Shown: positions 1 to 10,350 of the stretch, piece after piece
How positions within the stretch are numbered: position 1 is the first letter of the stretch
Layout: each line of letters starts with the position of its first letter
Source: Candidatus Dojkabacteria bacterium
Lineage (GTDB): Bacteria; Patescibacteriota; Dojkabacteria; SC72
Direction of reading: 5' to 3'
Assembly (NCBI GenBank): GCA_012842045.1
Contig: DUTP01000002.1
Span: forward strand, 35,601 to 99,600
DNA length: 64,000 bases
Position numbers and translations under genes: made by a program
The notes under the pieces: generated by a model
Database searches by the model: none
Seen by the model: the letters and a program-made list of their open reading frames with translations, nothing else
What the model was told of the DNA's origin: nothing

Positions 1-1089
1 TCTAAAGAAGAATGGGCTAAATTAGGTTGGGCTAGAGCTACTGACTATATAGATGAAATGATAACTTTAATATCTTTAATCGAGAAAAATGGTCATACCT
101 ATGAAACTGAACAAGCTCTGTATTTTGATGTTTCAACCTTTCCGGAATATTTTGAATTTTCAGGTCAGAAATTAGAAGAGAAACAGATTGCCGTGAGAGA
201 AGAAGTCAAAGAAGACCCTTACAAGAAAAATCCTGCAGATTTTGTTCTATGGATGAAAAGATATGGAAAGTACGAGAATCACATGATGCATTGGGATTCT
301 CCTTGGGGTGATGGTTTTCCTGGTTGGCATATCGAATGTTCGGCTATGAGTTGGACACTACTTGGAGAGAAAATTGACATTCACACAGGAGGAACAGATT
401 TAGTATCAGTTCATCATTCAAATGAGATAGCTCAGAATGTTGGAGCATTTGGACACGATGTGGTTAAGTATTGGCTTCATAATGAGTTTGTGTATTCTTC
501 AAGTGATGAGAAACTCTCTAAGAGTAAGGGTAACGCATTAAGCTTAGAAGAGATAGAGAAGCTAGGTATTGATTTGATGGGTTTGAGATGGTACTACCTG
601 ACATCTAGTTATAAATCGCCTATGAAATTTAGTATAGAATCTTTGAAGTCAGCTGAGAAAGTATATCTTCGTACAGTAAAAACACTTACAGAACTGTATG
701 AAGGCAGGGAGGGGAATATAAATGAAGAATATGTGAATAACTTTAAAGAAGCCATATCAGATAATTTTAATACACCTAAGATGCTGGCTCTTTTAAATCA
801 ACTTATTAAATCTGATTTGAAGTCAGAAGACATTGTTGCTACTGCTTTTGAGTTTGATAAGGTTTTAGGATTAGATTTGAAGAAAACAGTATTAGAAGGG
901 AGTAAAGAGAAAAGTGAGGTACATTGGTCTGAAGTGAAGATTGCAGATTTAAAAATAGTTCTTGAAGATAGGGAAAAAGCTAGAAAAGATAAGGATTGGG
1001 AGAGGTCAGATGTCTTAAGGGAAGAAATACTAAAGATGGGGTATGAGGTTTTGGATAAAGAGGATGGTCAGTATGTTATCCGTATTTGA
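1..1089 (+). CDS. cysS: cysteinyl-tRNA synthetase, C-terminal part (5' end lies outside the window)
   Basis: The reading frame is open from base 1 with no upstream stop. Motifs [12 protein letters not shown] and KLSKSKGN (the KMSKS-type loop) are typical of class I CysRS. Confidence 0.85.
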   Translation, partial: SKEEWAKLGWARATDYIDEMITLISLIEKNGHTYETEQALYFDVSTFPEYFEFSGQKLEEKQIAVREEVKEDPYKKNPADFVLWMKRYGKYENHMMHWDSPWGDGFPGWHIECSAMSWTLLGEKIDIHTGGTDLVSVHHSNEIAQNVGAFGHDVVKYWLHNEFVYSSSDEKLSKSKGNALSLEEIEKLGIDLMGLRWYYLTSSYKSPMKFSIESLKSAEKVYLRTVKTLTELYEGREGNINEEYVNNFKEAISDNFNTPKMLALLNQLIKSDLKSEDIVATAFEFDKVLGLDLKKTVLEGSKEKSEVHWSEVKIADLKIVLEDREKARKDKDWERSDVLREEILKMGYEVLDKEDGQYVIRI

Positions 1090-1142
1090 CAAGCTGAAAA
1101 AAATGTGTAGAATGGTATCGCTTTACCTAGATGGTTTAGAAT

Positions 1143-1235
1143 ATGAATAAAACAGAAAAGAAAAGTAATAAGTATATATTAGCTTACTCCTTGTTATTCT
1201 TAATTCCTCTATTAGTACTCTTTATCAAGGGTTAA
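1143..1235 (+). CDS. possible 30-aa hydrophobic small peptide (MNKTEKKSNKYILAYSLLFLIPLLVLFIKG)
   Basis: ATG..TAA ORF of my own reading in a 298-bp AT-rich intergenic region. It has a single predicted TM segment and no clear SD. Confidence 0.2.
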   Translation: MNKTEKKSNKYILAYSLLFLIPLLVLFIKG

Positions 1236-1387
1236 AAGATTTCCATTATTTGTTTGTATTTTTCTCTAATCTATGAGATATTGTATACATGTTAGTTTGT
1301 ATATATCTTGAGCTATTAACCGCTTTTGATGGAGATATACTAGACTACTAAAAGTTCATTCTTATATAAATTAATTGTTGTTTATTA

Positions 1388-2788
1388 ATGGAGCAAGAAA
1401 CTTATATCAGTAATTCTGAATGGGAAGAGAAAGATAACATGGTCAATTTAGTAGTGGAAAAGTATAAGGATGGGCTGTCTAGTTATAGGATTGAAATAAA
1501 TCCAGAGTTTGTACAAGAGTGTTATACGCATGATAGAGCATGGGACGAAGAGTACAAGAAGTTTGTAGCACATGATTATCCATATACTATGTCTCCACAA
1601 ACAACACGTTTAATTGCTTCAGTATCGACGGAATTAAAAGAAAAAATGATGGAAGCTGGGTTTCATTTGGAAAGCTGGATGAAGTTTTCTGAAAGTGAGC
1701 CTTATGTTATGGGTGTTTTACGACGTGTAATGGTAACGGATACGATTGAACCCATTATTGGGTATACTGATGAAATGGCGGTTCATTTAGCAGACTTAAA
1801 AGCAGAATCTCCTGATAAATTACTTCACATTAGGTCTTTCTTCAGTGGTGCATCTGTTGCTGATAAAAGTCTAATTGCTCGTTTATATCAAATGGGTGTA
1901 TCTGCAAACTTGTTAGCAACGGATCTATCTGCAGATTCTATTGCAGTAGGAGCTTTGAACTTTGAAGTGTGGAATCAAATGTTACCAGAACAAGATAGGT
2001 ATGAGATCCATATAGTTAATGGAGATGCTCCAGAGGAGCTTCTAGAGAAGGATAAAACAATAATATTGCAAATTGGTGATGCTATAACTGCATCTAAGAA
2101 AGACTCGTTTAATTCAACGAAATTTGACGCATTGATTGTAGATAATGGTTTTCAATATATAGATAAATCAGCGACAGAAGAAATTATATCTAATGTTCTA
2201 CAAAATAAAGGTGAAAGAGGTTTATATATAGGTACTCTTGGTTTGGATTCTGAAATAAGGGTTAATATTTCTCCTGTAACACATCTTAAAGAAATTTTAA
2301 AGGCTTCTGTAGGTAAGGATTTATCTGGAGAGTATTCTAAAAGATATTTTCCTCATATTCCTTATAACTATCTGCATAGATATAGATTCAGTGTAGATGA
2401 GAACAATCAAATTCTTATTGACAAAGTTTCTTCTGATGGTTCTGCAAGGATGTATACTTGGTTAGCTCACTTGCTTAAGACTGACAGGAAGATGTTTAGT
2501 GAGGTGTTAAAAGCAATAAAATCAGCAACAGATTTGTCTAAGATAAATATGGAGGTTGAAACGACTCCATTTGATTATCACCAAGCTATGTTAGATGCAG
2601 TAGACAAAAATAATATGGTTGCTGAAGTGTTAGAGTCACCTTTGAACTATGAAGACTTTGGCTTTACAAAAGTAAGTAAAGATATTTATTCTGGTCCAGA
2701 AGGGGAAGTTGATGGAGCTACAATGTTGAGAATGTGCAAGCATCAAGATCCTTTGGTTTTAAGAAGAAGTAGAGTTCTGGTTAAATAA
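1388..2788 (+). CDS. hypothetical protein (466 aa), no recognisable family
   Basis: Long ORF with normal composition and an ATG start, preceded by a roughly 300-bp AT-rich leader. I recognise no motif. Confidence 0.6.
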   Translation: MEQETYISNSEWEEKDNMVNLVVEKYKDGLSSYRIEINPEFVQECYTHDRAWDEEYKKFVAHDYPYTMSPQTTRLIASVSTELKEKMMEAGFHLESWMKFSESEPYVMGVLRRVMVTDTIEPIIGYTDEMAVHLADLKAESPDKLLHIRSFFSGASVADKSLIARLYQMGVSANLLATDLSADSIAVGALNFEVWNQMLPEQDRYEIHIVNGDAPEELLEKDKTIILQIGDAITASKKDSFNSTKFDALIVDNGFQYIDKSATEEIISNVLQNKGERGLYIGTLGLDSEIRVNISPVTHLKEILKASVGKDLSGEYSKRYFPHIPYNYLHRYRFSVDENNQILIDKVSSDGSARMYTWLAHLLKTDRKMFSEVLKAIKSATDLSKINMEVETTPFDYHQAMLDAVDKNNMVAEVLESPLNYEDFGFTKVSKDIYSGPEGEVDGATMLRMCKHQDPLVLRRSRVLVK

Positions 2789-2806
2789 AAATTAAAGATT
2801 TTTGAT

Positions 2807-5095
2807 ATGAATATAAATATCATAGGCATAATAACCTTGTTTTTTGCAGTGGTTAACATTGTTTTGGGTGTTTTTGTTCTGTTACGAAATCCGCGAAAAT
2901 CAAATAATATTGTCTATGCATTGAACGTCTTTTCTATTGCGGTATGGATTATCTTAACCTATTTTTATAATAATCCGATTGTATATTCTCCAAAGATATG
3001 GTTGAAGATGGTATACGTGTCTTCTTACGGTATGTTATTTACCCAATTACTTTTTGCTTATTATTTCCCAAGGAAAATTGAAGGAAAACTCATGTATTAC
3101 GTTATACCTATTGTTTTAACGTTAATTCCAAGTATATATGTTCTATTAGTTAAGAACTCTGTTATAGATAGTGTAGTACACTATCCAGACAGTTTTATTT
3201 CTGTAGCTAAAATGGGACCTGATTACTGGATATATACATTGCCGAATGTTTTAGGAATTCTTTTAATAGCACCATACTTCTTATTTAAAAGTAAAGCATT
3301 TACTGGATATGAAAAAGCTCAAGTAAGATTTTATATCATTGGTGCTCTGCTTATGATGGTTCCTTTAGTGATCGTAGACTATTTTATTCCTATAATGACA
3401 GGAGACACAAAGTATTTTGTTCTAGGACCACTATTTGCTATTCCTTTTACAATTGGAGCTGCATATCCTATTCTCCAAAGTAGATTTGTTAGGATTCCTG
3501 TCATTCTTGGTAACGTTGTTGTGTCTATATTAAAGTTAGTCTTTATATACTTTTCTCTGCTTTTCTTTACCGTTTTCTTAAAGTCTGGTTACTATTTAAA
3601 CTCGGACAGATTTCTTGCTATTTTTGTATTTGCACTATTACTCACTGCTTTCTATTTCTACATCTTCAAAAAAATGATGGATCTGCTACTTGATTTTATT
3701 GACAAAGCAAGAAAAAAAAGAGAGGTTGTAGAAAGGAATTTCTTGCAAGTTAGTGGTGTAGAGTTAACAATGGATAGAATTTTAGTTAATCTTCAAAGGA
3801 GTGTAAAAGCTTTATTCAATATCCCTAAATCTGGCATTTTGTTGTTTGACAAAGTTAGTTTTACAGAGAAATATTTTTCATACCCTCAATCAGGCGATTT
3901 CGCAATGAAAGATCTTTTGAATATTGTTCAATTTTGGAGCAAAGCAAGGCTTGGGAATATGATTGTGGCTGATGAGGTTAGAAAAGGGAATATTTTACAA
4001 GGAAGCGAAATACCTGAGAATATAATTCAGGTGTTAGATTTTATGGATAAACATAAGATCGCTGTACTATATCCGTTTAATACGAGGACTAGATTTAATG
4101 GTTTGCTAATTTTGGGTTATAGAGAGGATGGATATCCTTTAGCTTTGGATGAGATAGAGATACTAGAGAGAATGGTTGATAATACAAGTATTTCAATAGG
4201 AAGGGCAATATTATATGATGAAATTCAAGAATTTAGTGGCACTTTAGAACAACAAGTAAATGAACAAACACAAGAACTTCAACAAACAGTATTAGAACTA
4301 GAAGAAGCTAGAAGAAAAGAAAGAGATATGTTAGATATCATGGGTCATGAATTAAGAACACCTGCCACTGTGGTAAAACTAAATGCATCTCTGTTAGAAC
4401 AATATATACATAGTAATCCTAAAAACTTCAAAAAATACTTAGACAGGATAAAGAATAGTATTGAAAATGAAATAAGGTTGATAGACACATTACTCTCTAG
4501 TGCTAAGCTAGAAGGCGAAATGATGGACCTTAACAGAGAGAGAGTTTCTGTACCAGAACAGATAGAAACAGTTATACATGCATATGAATATCAAGCAGAA
4601 GCAAAAGAACTTAAGTTAATATCTAATATAGATGATGACACCAAAGATGTATTTGCAGATAGAGTGAGAGTAGTAGAGATAGTAGACAACCTGGTTAGTA
4701 ATGCTGTCAAATATACAGATGAAGGCTCTATCATTGTAAAAACAGAAAATGATGGTGAATATGTAAAGGTAAGTGTCACTGATACAGGAAAAGGTATCCC
4801 CGAGGAAGAAATACCTAAACTGGGTACTAAATTCCATAGGGTGGAAAAATATATTAATGAGGATAAAGAGAATCCAATAGTAAGTCCAGGAGGAACAGGT
4901 CTAGGTCTTTATGTTGTCTTTGCTTTAATAGAAATGATGGATGGTAAAATATGGGTAGAGAGTCAAGTCGGTAAGGGTACAACCTTCTTTTTCACACTAC
5001 CAGTATACAAAGGTCAAAGAGATGATATAGTGTATACCAAAGAAAAAGATATGTTTAGAAAATTTGGTCTTAAAGGAAGTAGAAAAGAAAAGTAA
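2807..5095 (+). CDS. membrane sensor histidine kinase (polytopic N-terminal domain, GAF-like middle, HisKA + HATPase_c)
   Basis: The N-terminal half has 8 or more hydrophobic segments. The H-box is MGHELRTPATVV. The G-box region is GTGLGLYVVFALIEMMDGKIWVESQVGKGTTFFFTLP. No response regulator gene lies in the window. Confidence 0.85.
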   Translation: MNINIIGIITLFFAVVNIVLGVFVLLRNPRKSNNIVYALNVFSIAVWIILTYFYNNPIVYSPKIWLKMVYVSSYGMLFTQLLFAYYFPRKIEGKLMYYVIPIVLTLIPSIYVLLVKNSVIDSVVHYPDSFISVAKMGPDYWIYTLPNVLGILLIAPYFLFKSKAFTGYEKAQVRFYIIGALLMMVPLVIVDYFIPIMTGDTKYFVLGPLFAIPFTIGAAYPILQSRFVRIPVILGNVVVSILKLVFIYFSLLFFTVFLKSGYYLNSDRFLAIFVFALLLTAFYFYIFKKMMDLLLDFIDKARKKREVVERNFLQVSGVELTMDRILVNLQRSVKALFNIPKSGILLFDKVSFTEKYFSYPQSGDFAMKDLLNIVQFWSKARLGNMIVADEVRKGNILQGSEIPENIIQVLDFMDKHKIAVLYPFNTRTRFNGLLILGYREDGYPLALDEIEILERMVDNTSISIGRAILYDEIQEFSGTLEQQVNEQTQELQQTVLELEEARRKERDMLDIMGHELRTPATVVKLNASLLEQYIHSNPKNFKKYLDRIKNSIENEIRLIDTLLSSAKLEGEMMDLNRERVSVPEQIETVIHAYEYQAEAKELKLISNIDDDTKDVFADRVRVVEIVDNLVSNAVKYTDEGSIIVKTENDGEYVKVSVTDTGKGIPEEEIPKLGTKFHRVEKYINEDKENPIVSPGGTGLGLYVVFALIEMMDGKIWVESQVGKGTTFFFTLPVYKGQRDDIVYTKEKDMFRKFGLKGSRKEK

Positions 5096-5139
5096 AACAG
5101 TGTATTCTTTAAAAGTATTTAATATAAATAAATATAAAA

Positions 5140-5346
5140 ATGGTAGTAACAATTAAAAAAGATGCATGTGTAATGTGTGGATCATGTGTAGCTCTCTGTC
5201 CAGAAGTATTTGAAATGAAAGATGATGGTACTGTTGATGTTAAAGCAGAATATCAAGGTAAGCCAATAGAGGATGAAGCAATTAAGGAAAAGGTTAAACA
5301 GGCTGCAAATGCATGCCCAACAACAGCTATAGAGATAAAAGAATAA
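5140..5346 (+). CDS. fdx: small 4Fe-4S ferredoxin
   Basis: 68 aa with CVMCGSCVALCP ... ACP cysteine spacing, typical of single-cluster Thermotoga/Pyrococcus-type ferredoxins. Confidence 0.8.
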   Translation: MVVTIKKDACVMCGSCVALCPEVFEMKDDGTVDVKAEYQGKPIEDEAIKEKVKQAANACPTTAIEIKE

Positions 5347-5762
5347 TGGATGATTGTATTTTTTGTAAAATAGTGAAAGGAGAAATTCCTTCATATAGAG
5401 TCTATGAAGATGATGATATCCTTGCTATGTTAGATATCAATCCTTTTAGTAAAGGACATCTCTTAGTACTTCCTAAAGAACATTTTGAAAATATCTATGA
5501 TATTCCTACTGAACTATTTAGTAAATTAATGACAAAGAGTAAAAAGATTGCTGAAGTTCTTAAAGAAAAACTAAATCCAGAAGGTATGATACTACAGCAA
5601 AACAGTGGAGAAAAAGCAGGACAATCAGTACATCATATTCATATACACCTAAAGCCAGTATACAAAGATACAGATATACCTGCAGAAAAACATCTTAGAC
5701 AAGAACTCACACAAGAAGAACTACAAGAAATTCACTCATTACTTCTCTTGGAAGAACTCTAA
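5347..5762 (+). CDS. HIT-family (histidine triad) nucleotide hydrolase
   Basis: Histidine triad HHIHIHL. The ATG at 5347 directly follows the ferredoxin stop. The ORF-track start at 5313 is an in-gene ATG of the ferredoxin in another frame. Confidence 0.85.
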
Positions 5763-6602
5763 CACATTATCAATATACTCTGTATCAATATCAAAATGTC
5801 CTTTACCTTCTAATGTAATAATAGGGACTTCTTTTCCTTCTTTCTTTAATCTTGCTACAAAATCTCTAGACATAGAGTAGGGTACATTCACATCCTTATC
5901 ACCATGCCAAATCTTAATATCCAAATCCATAATTCTCTCAACTCTCTTCTTGTTCCAATTAGAAGCATATGAAGTAGGAGCTAACAGAGCAATCTTCTTA
6001 ATATTCTCAGGATATTCATGAGCAAAATTCATAGTAGGTAGACCACCCATACTAAAACCTAAAAGATAGAGATCTTTAGAACCATGGAAATTTGTTTTAA
6101 TGTGTTCAACTAACTTCCTGTTATCTTCAATAGACTGAGCATTCCCCCAGTTATCACCATGAGCATTGGAAGCTGCAAAGATAAAACCATTTTTAGCGAA
6201 AGTGTCTGCATACAATCTAAGGTCACTAAGTAGGGGGTTATCCTCCTTGTCATTCACTACAAAAGTAGAACCGTGATTATAGATAACAATAGGTCTAGGA
6301 TAATCCTTCTCTTTTAGTCCCTCCTCAGTTGCAATGTATGCCATCTGTCCATCAATAACTTCGAAAGATTCTAGTCTCTTGTATTCTCTAACAACAACTT
6401 CTTCTTCCTTCTCTTTTTGTTCTTCTACAATATCAACCTTCTCTTTGTTCTCTTTCTGTTCTCTCCTTTTCTCTAACAATGAATTTCCCAATACAAAAAG
6501 AAGAAAAGCAACAATAGCTATACCGATTAATTTTACCCAGTAAGAGTTTCCTCCATCTTTTTTTCTTTCAGGTATATTTTTTGTATTCCAATTAATTCCC
6601 AT
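5739..6602 (-). CDS. membrane-anchored alpha/beta-hydrolase (esterase/peptidase-like)
   Basis: N-terminal TM anchor and a GFSMGG nucleophile elbow (G-x-S-x-G). Its 3' end overlaps the convergent HIT gene by 24 nt. Confidence 0.75.
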   Translation of the reverse strand: MGINWNTKNIPERKKDGGNSYWVKLIGIAIVAFLLFVLGNSLLEKRREQKENKEKVDIVEEQKEKEEEVVVREYKRLESFEVIDGQMAYIATEEGLKEKDYPRPIVIYNHGSTFVVNDKEDNPLLSDLRLYADTFAKNGFIFAASNAHGDNWGNAQSIEDNRKLVEHIKTNFHGSKDLYLLGFSMGGLPTMNFAHEYPENIKKIALLAPTSYASNWNKKRVERIMDLDIKIWHGDKDVNVPYSMSRDFVARLKKEGKEVPIITLEGKGHFDIDTEYIDNVLEFFQEK

Positions 6603-6656
6603 CTACTATATAATATCAGACTGTTCAAAAATATCTAATATATTATAAAACAAACT

Positions 6657-7403
6657 ATGGCAAAGCCCAAGCAAGATGAAGAGACAGTAATTAATCTGGA
6701 CTCTTTTGCAATTCCAATTGCAATTATAGTAGTAGGAGTAATCATCGCTGTCTTAGTAACTTTTACTAAAAAGGATACAAATCAAGTAGATACTACTTCT
6801 CCAAGTAAAGAAACAGTTACAAGCGATACAGGAACTTCTGAAGAATTTGAGAAAGCTTCTACTGTTCTAAGAGAGTCTCCATATGTCGGAGACAAAGGTA
6901 AAGCGAAAGTTGCAGTTGTTGAGTTTAGTGATTTCCAGTGTGGGTATTGTAAACGACATGCAGAGCAAGTATATCCTGAATTAAAAACAAAATATGTTGA
7001 TAAAGGAGAGATTATCTATGTCTTCAAATCATTTCCATTAAGAGAAAGTGGTTTAAGTTACAACGCTGCCCTTGCAGCTGAGTGTGTTGCTAAATCAGTT
7101 AAAGGAGATGAGTTTGGAGCATTCTTTGAAAAGATGTTTGATATTACAAGCGATGCAGAGATTAGAAGTGAAGCAGAAAAAGCAGGATTGAAAGCAAGTG
7201 ATTATGAAGCTTGTATTGCAAGCCAAGAGATAAAAGATAAGCTTGCAGCAAACAAAGAGGATGGTTCAAATGCAGGAGTTCAGGGAACACCAGGATTCGT
7301 TGTTGGTAAAATAGGTGAAGATGGTAAGATAGATGGTGTTCTCATTAGAGGTGCATATCCTCTTGCAGATTTCGAAAGAGCAATTGCAATGTACTTGGAA
7401 TAG
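6657..7403 (+). CDS. DsbA-family thiol:disulfide oxidoreductase, membrane-anchored
   Basis: TM anchor plus thioredoxin-fold active site FSDFQCGYCKR (CxxC). Confidence 0.8.
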   Translation: MAKPKQDEETVINLDSFAIPIAIIVVGVIIAVLVTFTKKDTNQVDTTSPSKETVTSDTGTSEEFEKASTVLRESPYVGDKGKAKVAVVEFSDFQCGYCKRHAEQVYPELKTKYVDKGEIIYVFKSFPLRESGLSYNAALAAECVAKSVKGDEFGAFFEKMFDITSDAEIRSEAEKAGLKASDYEACIASQEIKDKLAANKEDGSNAGVQGTPGFVVGKIGEDGKIDGVLIRGAYPLADFERAIAMYLE

Positions 7404-7425
7404 TTAATTAAAAACTATAACAAAG

Positions 7426-7457
7426 AAAAAGGGAGGTATTTCTACCTCCCTTTTTTC
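7426..7457. terminator. bidirectional Rho-independent terminator between convergent genes
   Basis: aaaaaGGGAGGTAtttcTACCTCCCtttttt is a perfect 8-bp GC-rich stem with a 4-nt loop. It is flanked by an A-run upstream and a T-run downstream. Confidence 0.7.
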
Positions 7458-7470
7458 TATTTCCGTAACC

Positions 7471-8637
7471 TTACTTCTTTACTACCTTTGCTTTCTTACT
7501 AATCTCTTTTTGTACTTTTAATGCATCTGCTTTCATTCTTACAAATGCTCCCATTGCAGTACATACTAAAACAGAACTATATATACCAGATACTACTGGT
7601 ATAAATGAAATTAGTGAAGATAAAACCCTACCTATGAGTAGAGACTTAAAAGGTCTGTACTCTTTAATTTTGAATAGACCTAGTATCTCAGAACCGATAG
7701 CAAGTTCTACCCAGAGTCTACCAAATATTCCTACGAACACCATGAAAGCAAGTAATAACATTGCTATTGGCATTCCTACAACAGTCACAAATAACATTAC
7801 GACTGGAATTCCAGCACATAGGAAGATTGCAATACCCAAACCAAAACTCTTTAGAAACTCTGTAGTAGAGCCAGTAATCTTCTTTACAATTGCTCCTGTC
7901 TTAACAGGTGTCAAGTATATGAGGAAAACTCCTGCTAAGAGTAATGCGGTCGAAGAGATTACAGTATTTTTGAAAGTCTTTAAGAATTTCTCTTGCTGAG
8001 TAGGCTCTTTCTCTTGTTTGCTCTTATCAAAACCTTGACTTTTTGCAATCTCATCTATTTTCTTAGCGTCATAAATCTCTCGTCCAACTTTCTTCTCATC
8101 TATTTCATACTTCTCGGAAATAACTATAGCTTCTCCAGCAATATTTGCATCAATTGCTGTTTTTCCAGCAAACACTCTCAAGTCATCTCCCACTTTGCCT
8201 GAGATTAAACTTTGAGCAGTAAAAGATGTTAGATCTTTAAAAGTAGATCCATTATGTTTTTGCATATAAGCAAAGACTGTTGCTTTCCCTGAGATTTCAC
8301 CATCCATGTTAACATTGTAACCAAAGGTGTATAGGTCACCTAGTATTCTAGACTTAGTACCAAGTTCAACAGTATTGGAGAAGGTGTAGAGGTTACCTGT
8401 AACATACCCATCCATCTTTATCTTTTCAGCAAAGATAAAAAGATCACCATTTACTCTCCCAGTAATATCGACACTATCTGAGAAGATGTAAAGATTGTCC
8501 TCAACACTCTCTTCCTGTTCTAGAACAAATTCTTTCTCGAAGGAAAACTCTGCAGCATCTGCTCTCTTAGGTGCAAACACTCCGAAGATCAAGAACATTG
8601 TCAGTATTGGGACTAACAAAGAAAATCTTTTCTTCAT
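7471..8637 (-). CDS. secreted/membrane protein with an N-terminal repeat (beta-helix-like GDLYTF/GNLYTF/GDLFIF) domain and a polytopic C-terminal domain
   Basis: Has a signal peptide. Its repeated G-(D/N)-L-(Y/F)-(T/I)-F units resemble bactofilin/DUF4097-type beta-helical repeats. The C-terminal 150 aa carry 4 or more TM helices. Confidence 0.6.
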   Translation of the reverse strand: MKKRFSLLVPILTMFLIFGVFAPKRADAAEFSFEKEFVLEQEESVEDNLYIFSDSVDITGRVNGDLFIFAEKIKMDGYVTGNLYTFSNTVELGTKSRILGDLYTFGYNVNMDGEISGKATVFAYMQKHNGSTFKDLTSFTAQSLISGKVGDDLRVFAGKTAIDANIAGEAIVISEKYEIDEKKVGREIYDAKKIDEIAKSQGFDKSKQEKEPTQQEKFLKTFKNTVISSTALLLAGVFLIYLTPVKTGAIVKKITGSTTEFLKSFGLGIAIFLCAGIPVVMLFVTVVGMPIAMLLLAFMVFVGIFGRLWVELAIGSEILGLFKIKEYRPFKSLLIGRVLSSLISFIPVVSGIYSSVLVCTAMGAFVRMKADALKVQKEISKKAKVVKK

Positions 8638-8687
8638 TAATATTTTAAATAAAAAATTAAATACATCTTAATTTTAACAAGTTTTAA

Positions 8688-8715
8688 TTGTTTTGATAAG
8701 TAATTGGGGTATAAT
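8688..8715 (+). promoter_or_regulatory. sigma70-like promoter TTGTTT-16 nt-TATAAT at the head of the glycan gene cluster
   Basis: -35 at 8688-8693 and -10 at 8710-8715. The -10 ends 6 nt before the ATG at 8722, so the transcript could be leaderless. Confidence 0.3.
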
Positions 8716-8721
8716 GGGTCA

Positions 8722-9573
8722 ATGAAAATACTAATAGTCATAGTAAACTACAATGGAAAGCACCTTCTAGAGAAGAATCTTCACTCTGTTGTTGAGAATG
8801 GATATGAGGATTCAGATATTGTAGTTGTCGATAATGCATCTGTAGATGGTAGTATTGAATATCTTAAACAAGAATTTCCTTCTGTAAAGATAGTTGAGAG
8901 TAGAGAGAACTTAGGTTTTGGTAGAGGAAATAATTTGGGTGTTAAGGAGTATCCCAACTATGATGCATACCTTTTCCTAAACAATGATATCTCTGTACCC
9001 AAAGGATTTTTAGACAATCTAGTCAAAGAATTACAAAAAGAAAATGTTGGAGCAGTTGGTCCAAAGGTTTTGTATTCTAAAGAAAAGGTAGGAAGTGAGA
9101 AGAGAATCATTAATTCTGCAGGAATAGAGGTTGATGATCACTACATGGCATATGATAGATACGATAAGGAAGAAGATAAACCTAAATACAATGTAGTAGA
9201 GGAAGTTGATGCACTCATGGGTGGAGCATTTTTAATTAAAAGGGATGTTTTTGAAAAAGTAGGAGGTTTCAATTCTAATATGTTCCTGTACTATGAGGAC
9301 ATCGATCTTTCACTTAGGATTAGGGATTTAGGGTATAAACTTTACTACGTAGGAACATCAGAGGTATATCATGACCATATGGCATCTTCTAAAAGTTTAG
9401 GTACTAGAAAGAGGAACATCATGAACATGCAAAACAGATTTAGAAGCATACAGAGTAGAAAGGGTATTTGGGTGGCAATAAGGGAGGTAATCTGGTATCT
9501 TTTTAACTGGTTAGTATGGAAAATGATATACTCTAGGAGAATTACTTTAAAAGAATTTTTAAAGGAGAAATAA
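8722..9573 (+). CDS. family-2 glycosyltransferase
   Basis: ILIVIVNYNGKHLL ... VVVDNASVDGS is an N-terminal GT2 signature. The ORF-track start at 8704 is a TTG upstream of a -10 box, so the ATG at 8722 is preferred. Confidence 0.8.
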   Translation: MKILIVIVNYNGKHLLEKNLHSVVENGYEDSDIVVVDNASVDGSIEYLKQEFPSVKIVESRENLGFGRGNNLGVKEYPNYDAYLFLNNDISVPKGFLDNLVKELQKENVGAVGPKVLYSKEKVGSEKRIINSAGIEVDDHYMAYDRYDKEEDKPKYNVVEEVDALMGGAFLIKRDVFEKVGGFNSNMFLYYEDIDLSLRIRDLGYKLYYVGTSEVYHDHMASSKSLGTRKRNIMNMQNRFRSIQSRKGIWVAIREVIWYLFNWLVWKMIYSRRITLKEFLKEK

Positions 9574-10346
9574 TGAACAAGAATGATTTAGACCTTTACA
9601 AACAATTTGTAAAAACAACTTTCAAGATGAGATACAAAGGCTCTATCTTGGGTTTCTTTTGGGTTCTTCTTAAACCTTTCTTTATGTTCCTCATTCTCTT
9701 CCTAATCTTCTCACATACAGCATCAGCAGTTGGAGGTCTTACACAGCAACAATATGCCGTCTATCTTCTCTCAGGATTGATAGTATATACATTCTTTAAT
9801 GAAGGTATGATTTGGGGTATGGGTTCAATAATGGAAAGAGCTCAGTTGATTGTTAAAATCAACTTCAAAAGAGATGTAGTAGTTGCTAGCTCTCTAAGCA
9901 TGGCACTTATTAACTTCTCAATTAACCTCTTAATTGTACTTGTAGTGGCATTAATACTGAAAATCAATATCAGTCTAATTGGCCTTGCATATGTTTTTCT
10001 CATAGGTCTTACCATGTTTCTATCTCTTTACGGTGTCTCCTTCTTTACCAGTATATGGCTTGTTCATGTAAGAGACTTGCAACATATTATGGAGCTTGTT
10101 TTACAACTTCTCTTCTATGCTAGTGCGGTATTTTTCCCAGTTGAAATGATTCCAGAGAAGTACAGATTCATTGTCTACTACAACCCAATGGCAAGATTTG
10201 TAAAAGCTGTAAGAGAAGCATTAATATTTGGAGAAGTTACAGATCTAAAGTTTGTCATTCTAGCTTTGGCTGTCTCAATAGTTTTAGTAATTCTTGGGAA
10301 GATATATTTTAACAAACATATTAAAAAAGTAGCTGAACATTTTTAA
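9573..10346 (+). CDS. ABC-2 type polysaccharide/teichoic-acid exporter permease (Wzm/TagG-like)
   Basis: Six TM segments and the N-terminal FKMRYKGSILGFFWVLLKPF motif typical of Wzm/TagG. Overlaps the upstream GT2 by 1 nt. Confidence 0.85.
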   Translation: MNKNDLDLYKQFVKTTFKMRYKGSILGFFWVLLKPFFMFLILFLIFSHTASAVGGLTQQQYAVYLLSGLIVYTFFNEGMIWGMGSIMERAQLIVKINFKRDVVVASSLSMALINFSINLLIVLVVALILKINISLIGLAYVFLIGLTMFLSLYGVSFFTSIWLVHVRDLQHIMELVLQLLFYASAVFFPVEMIPEKYRFIVYYNPMARFVKAVREALIFGEVTDLKFVILALAVSIVLVILGKIYFNKHIKKVAEHF

Positions 10347-10350
10347 AAAT

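Noticed and set aside
5313-5346. ORF-track start of the HIT gene at 5313
   Set aside because: That ATG lies inside the ferredoxin coding sequence in another frame. The HIT N-terminus (MDDCIFCKI) begins at the ATG at 5347 immediately after the ferredoxin stop.
8704-8721. TTG start at 8704 for the first GT2 gene and TTG start at 36198 for secA
   Set aside because: In both cases an in-frame ATG with better context lies a few codons downstream (8722 and 36228). For 8704 the TTG would sit upstream of the -10 box.
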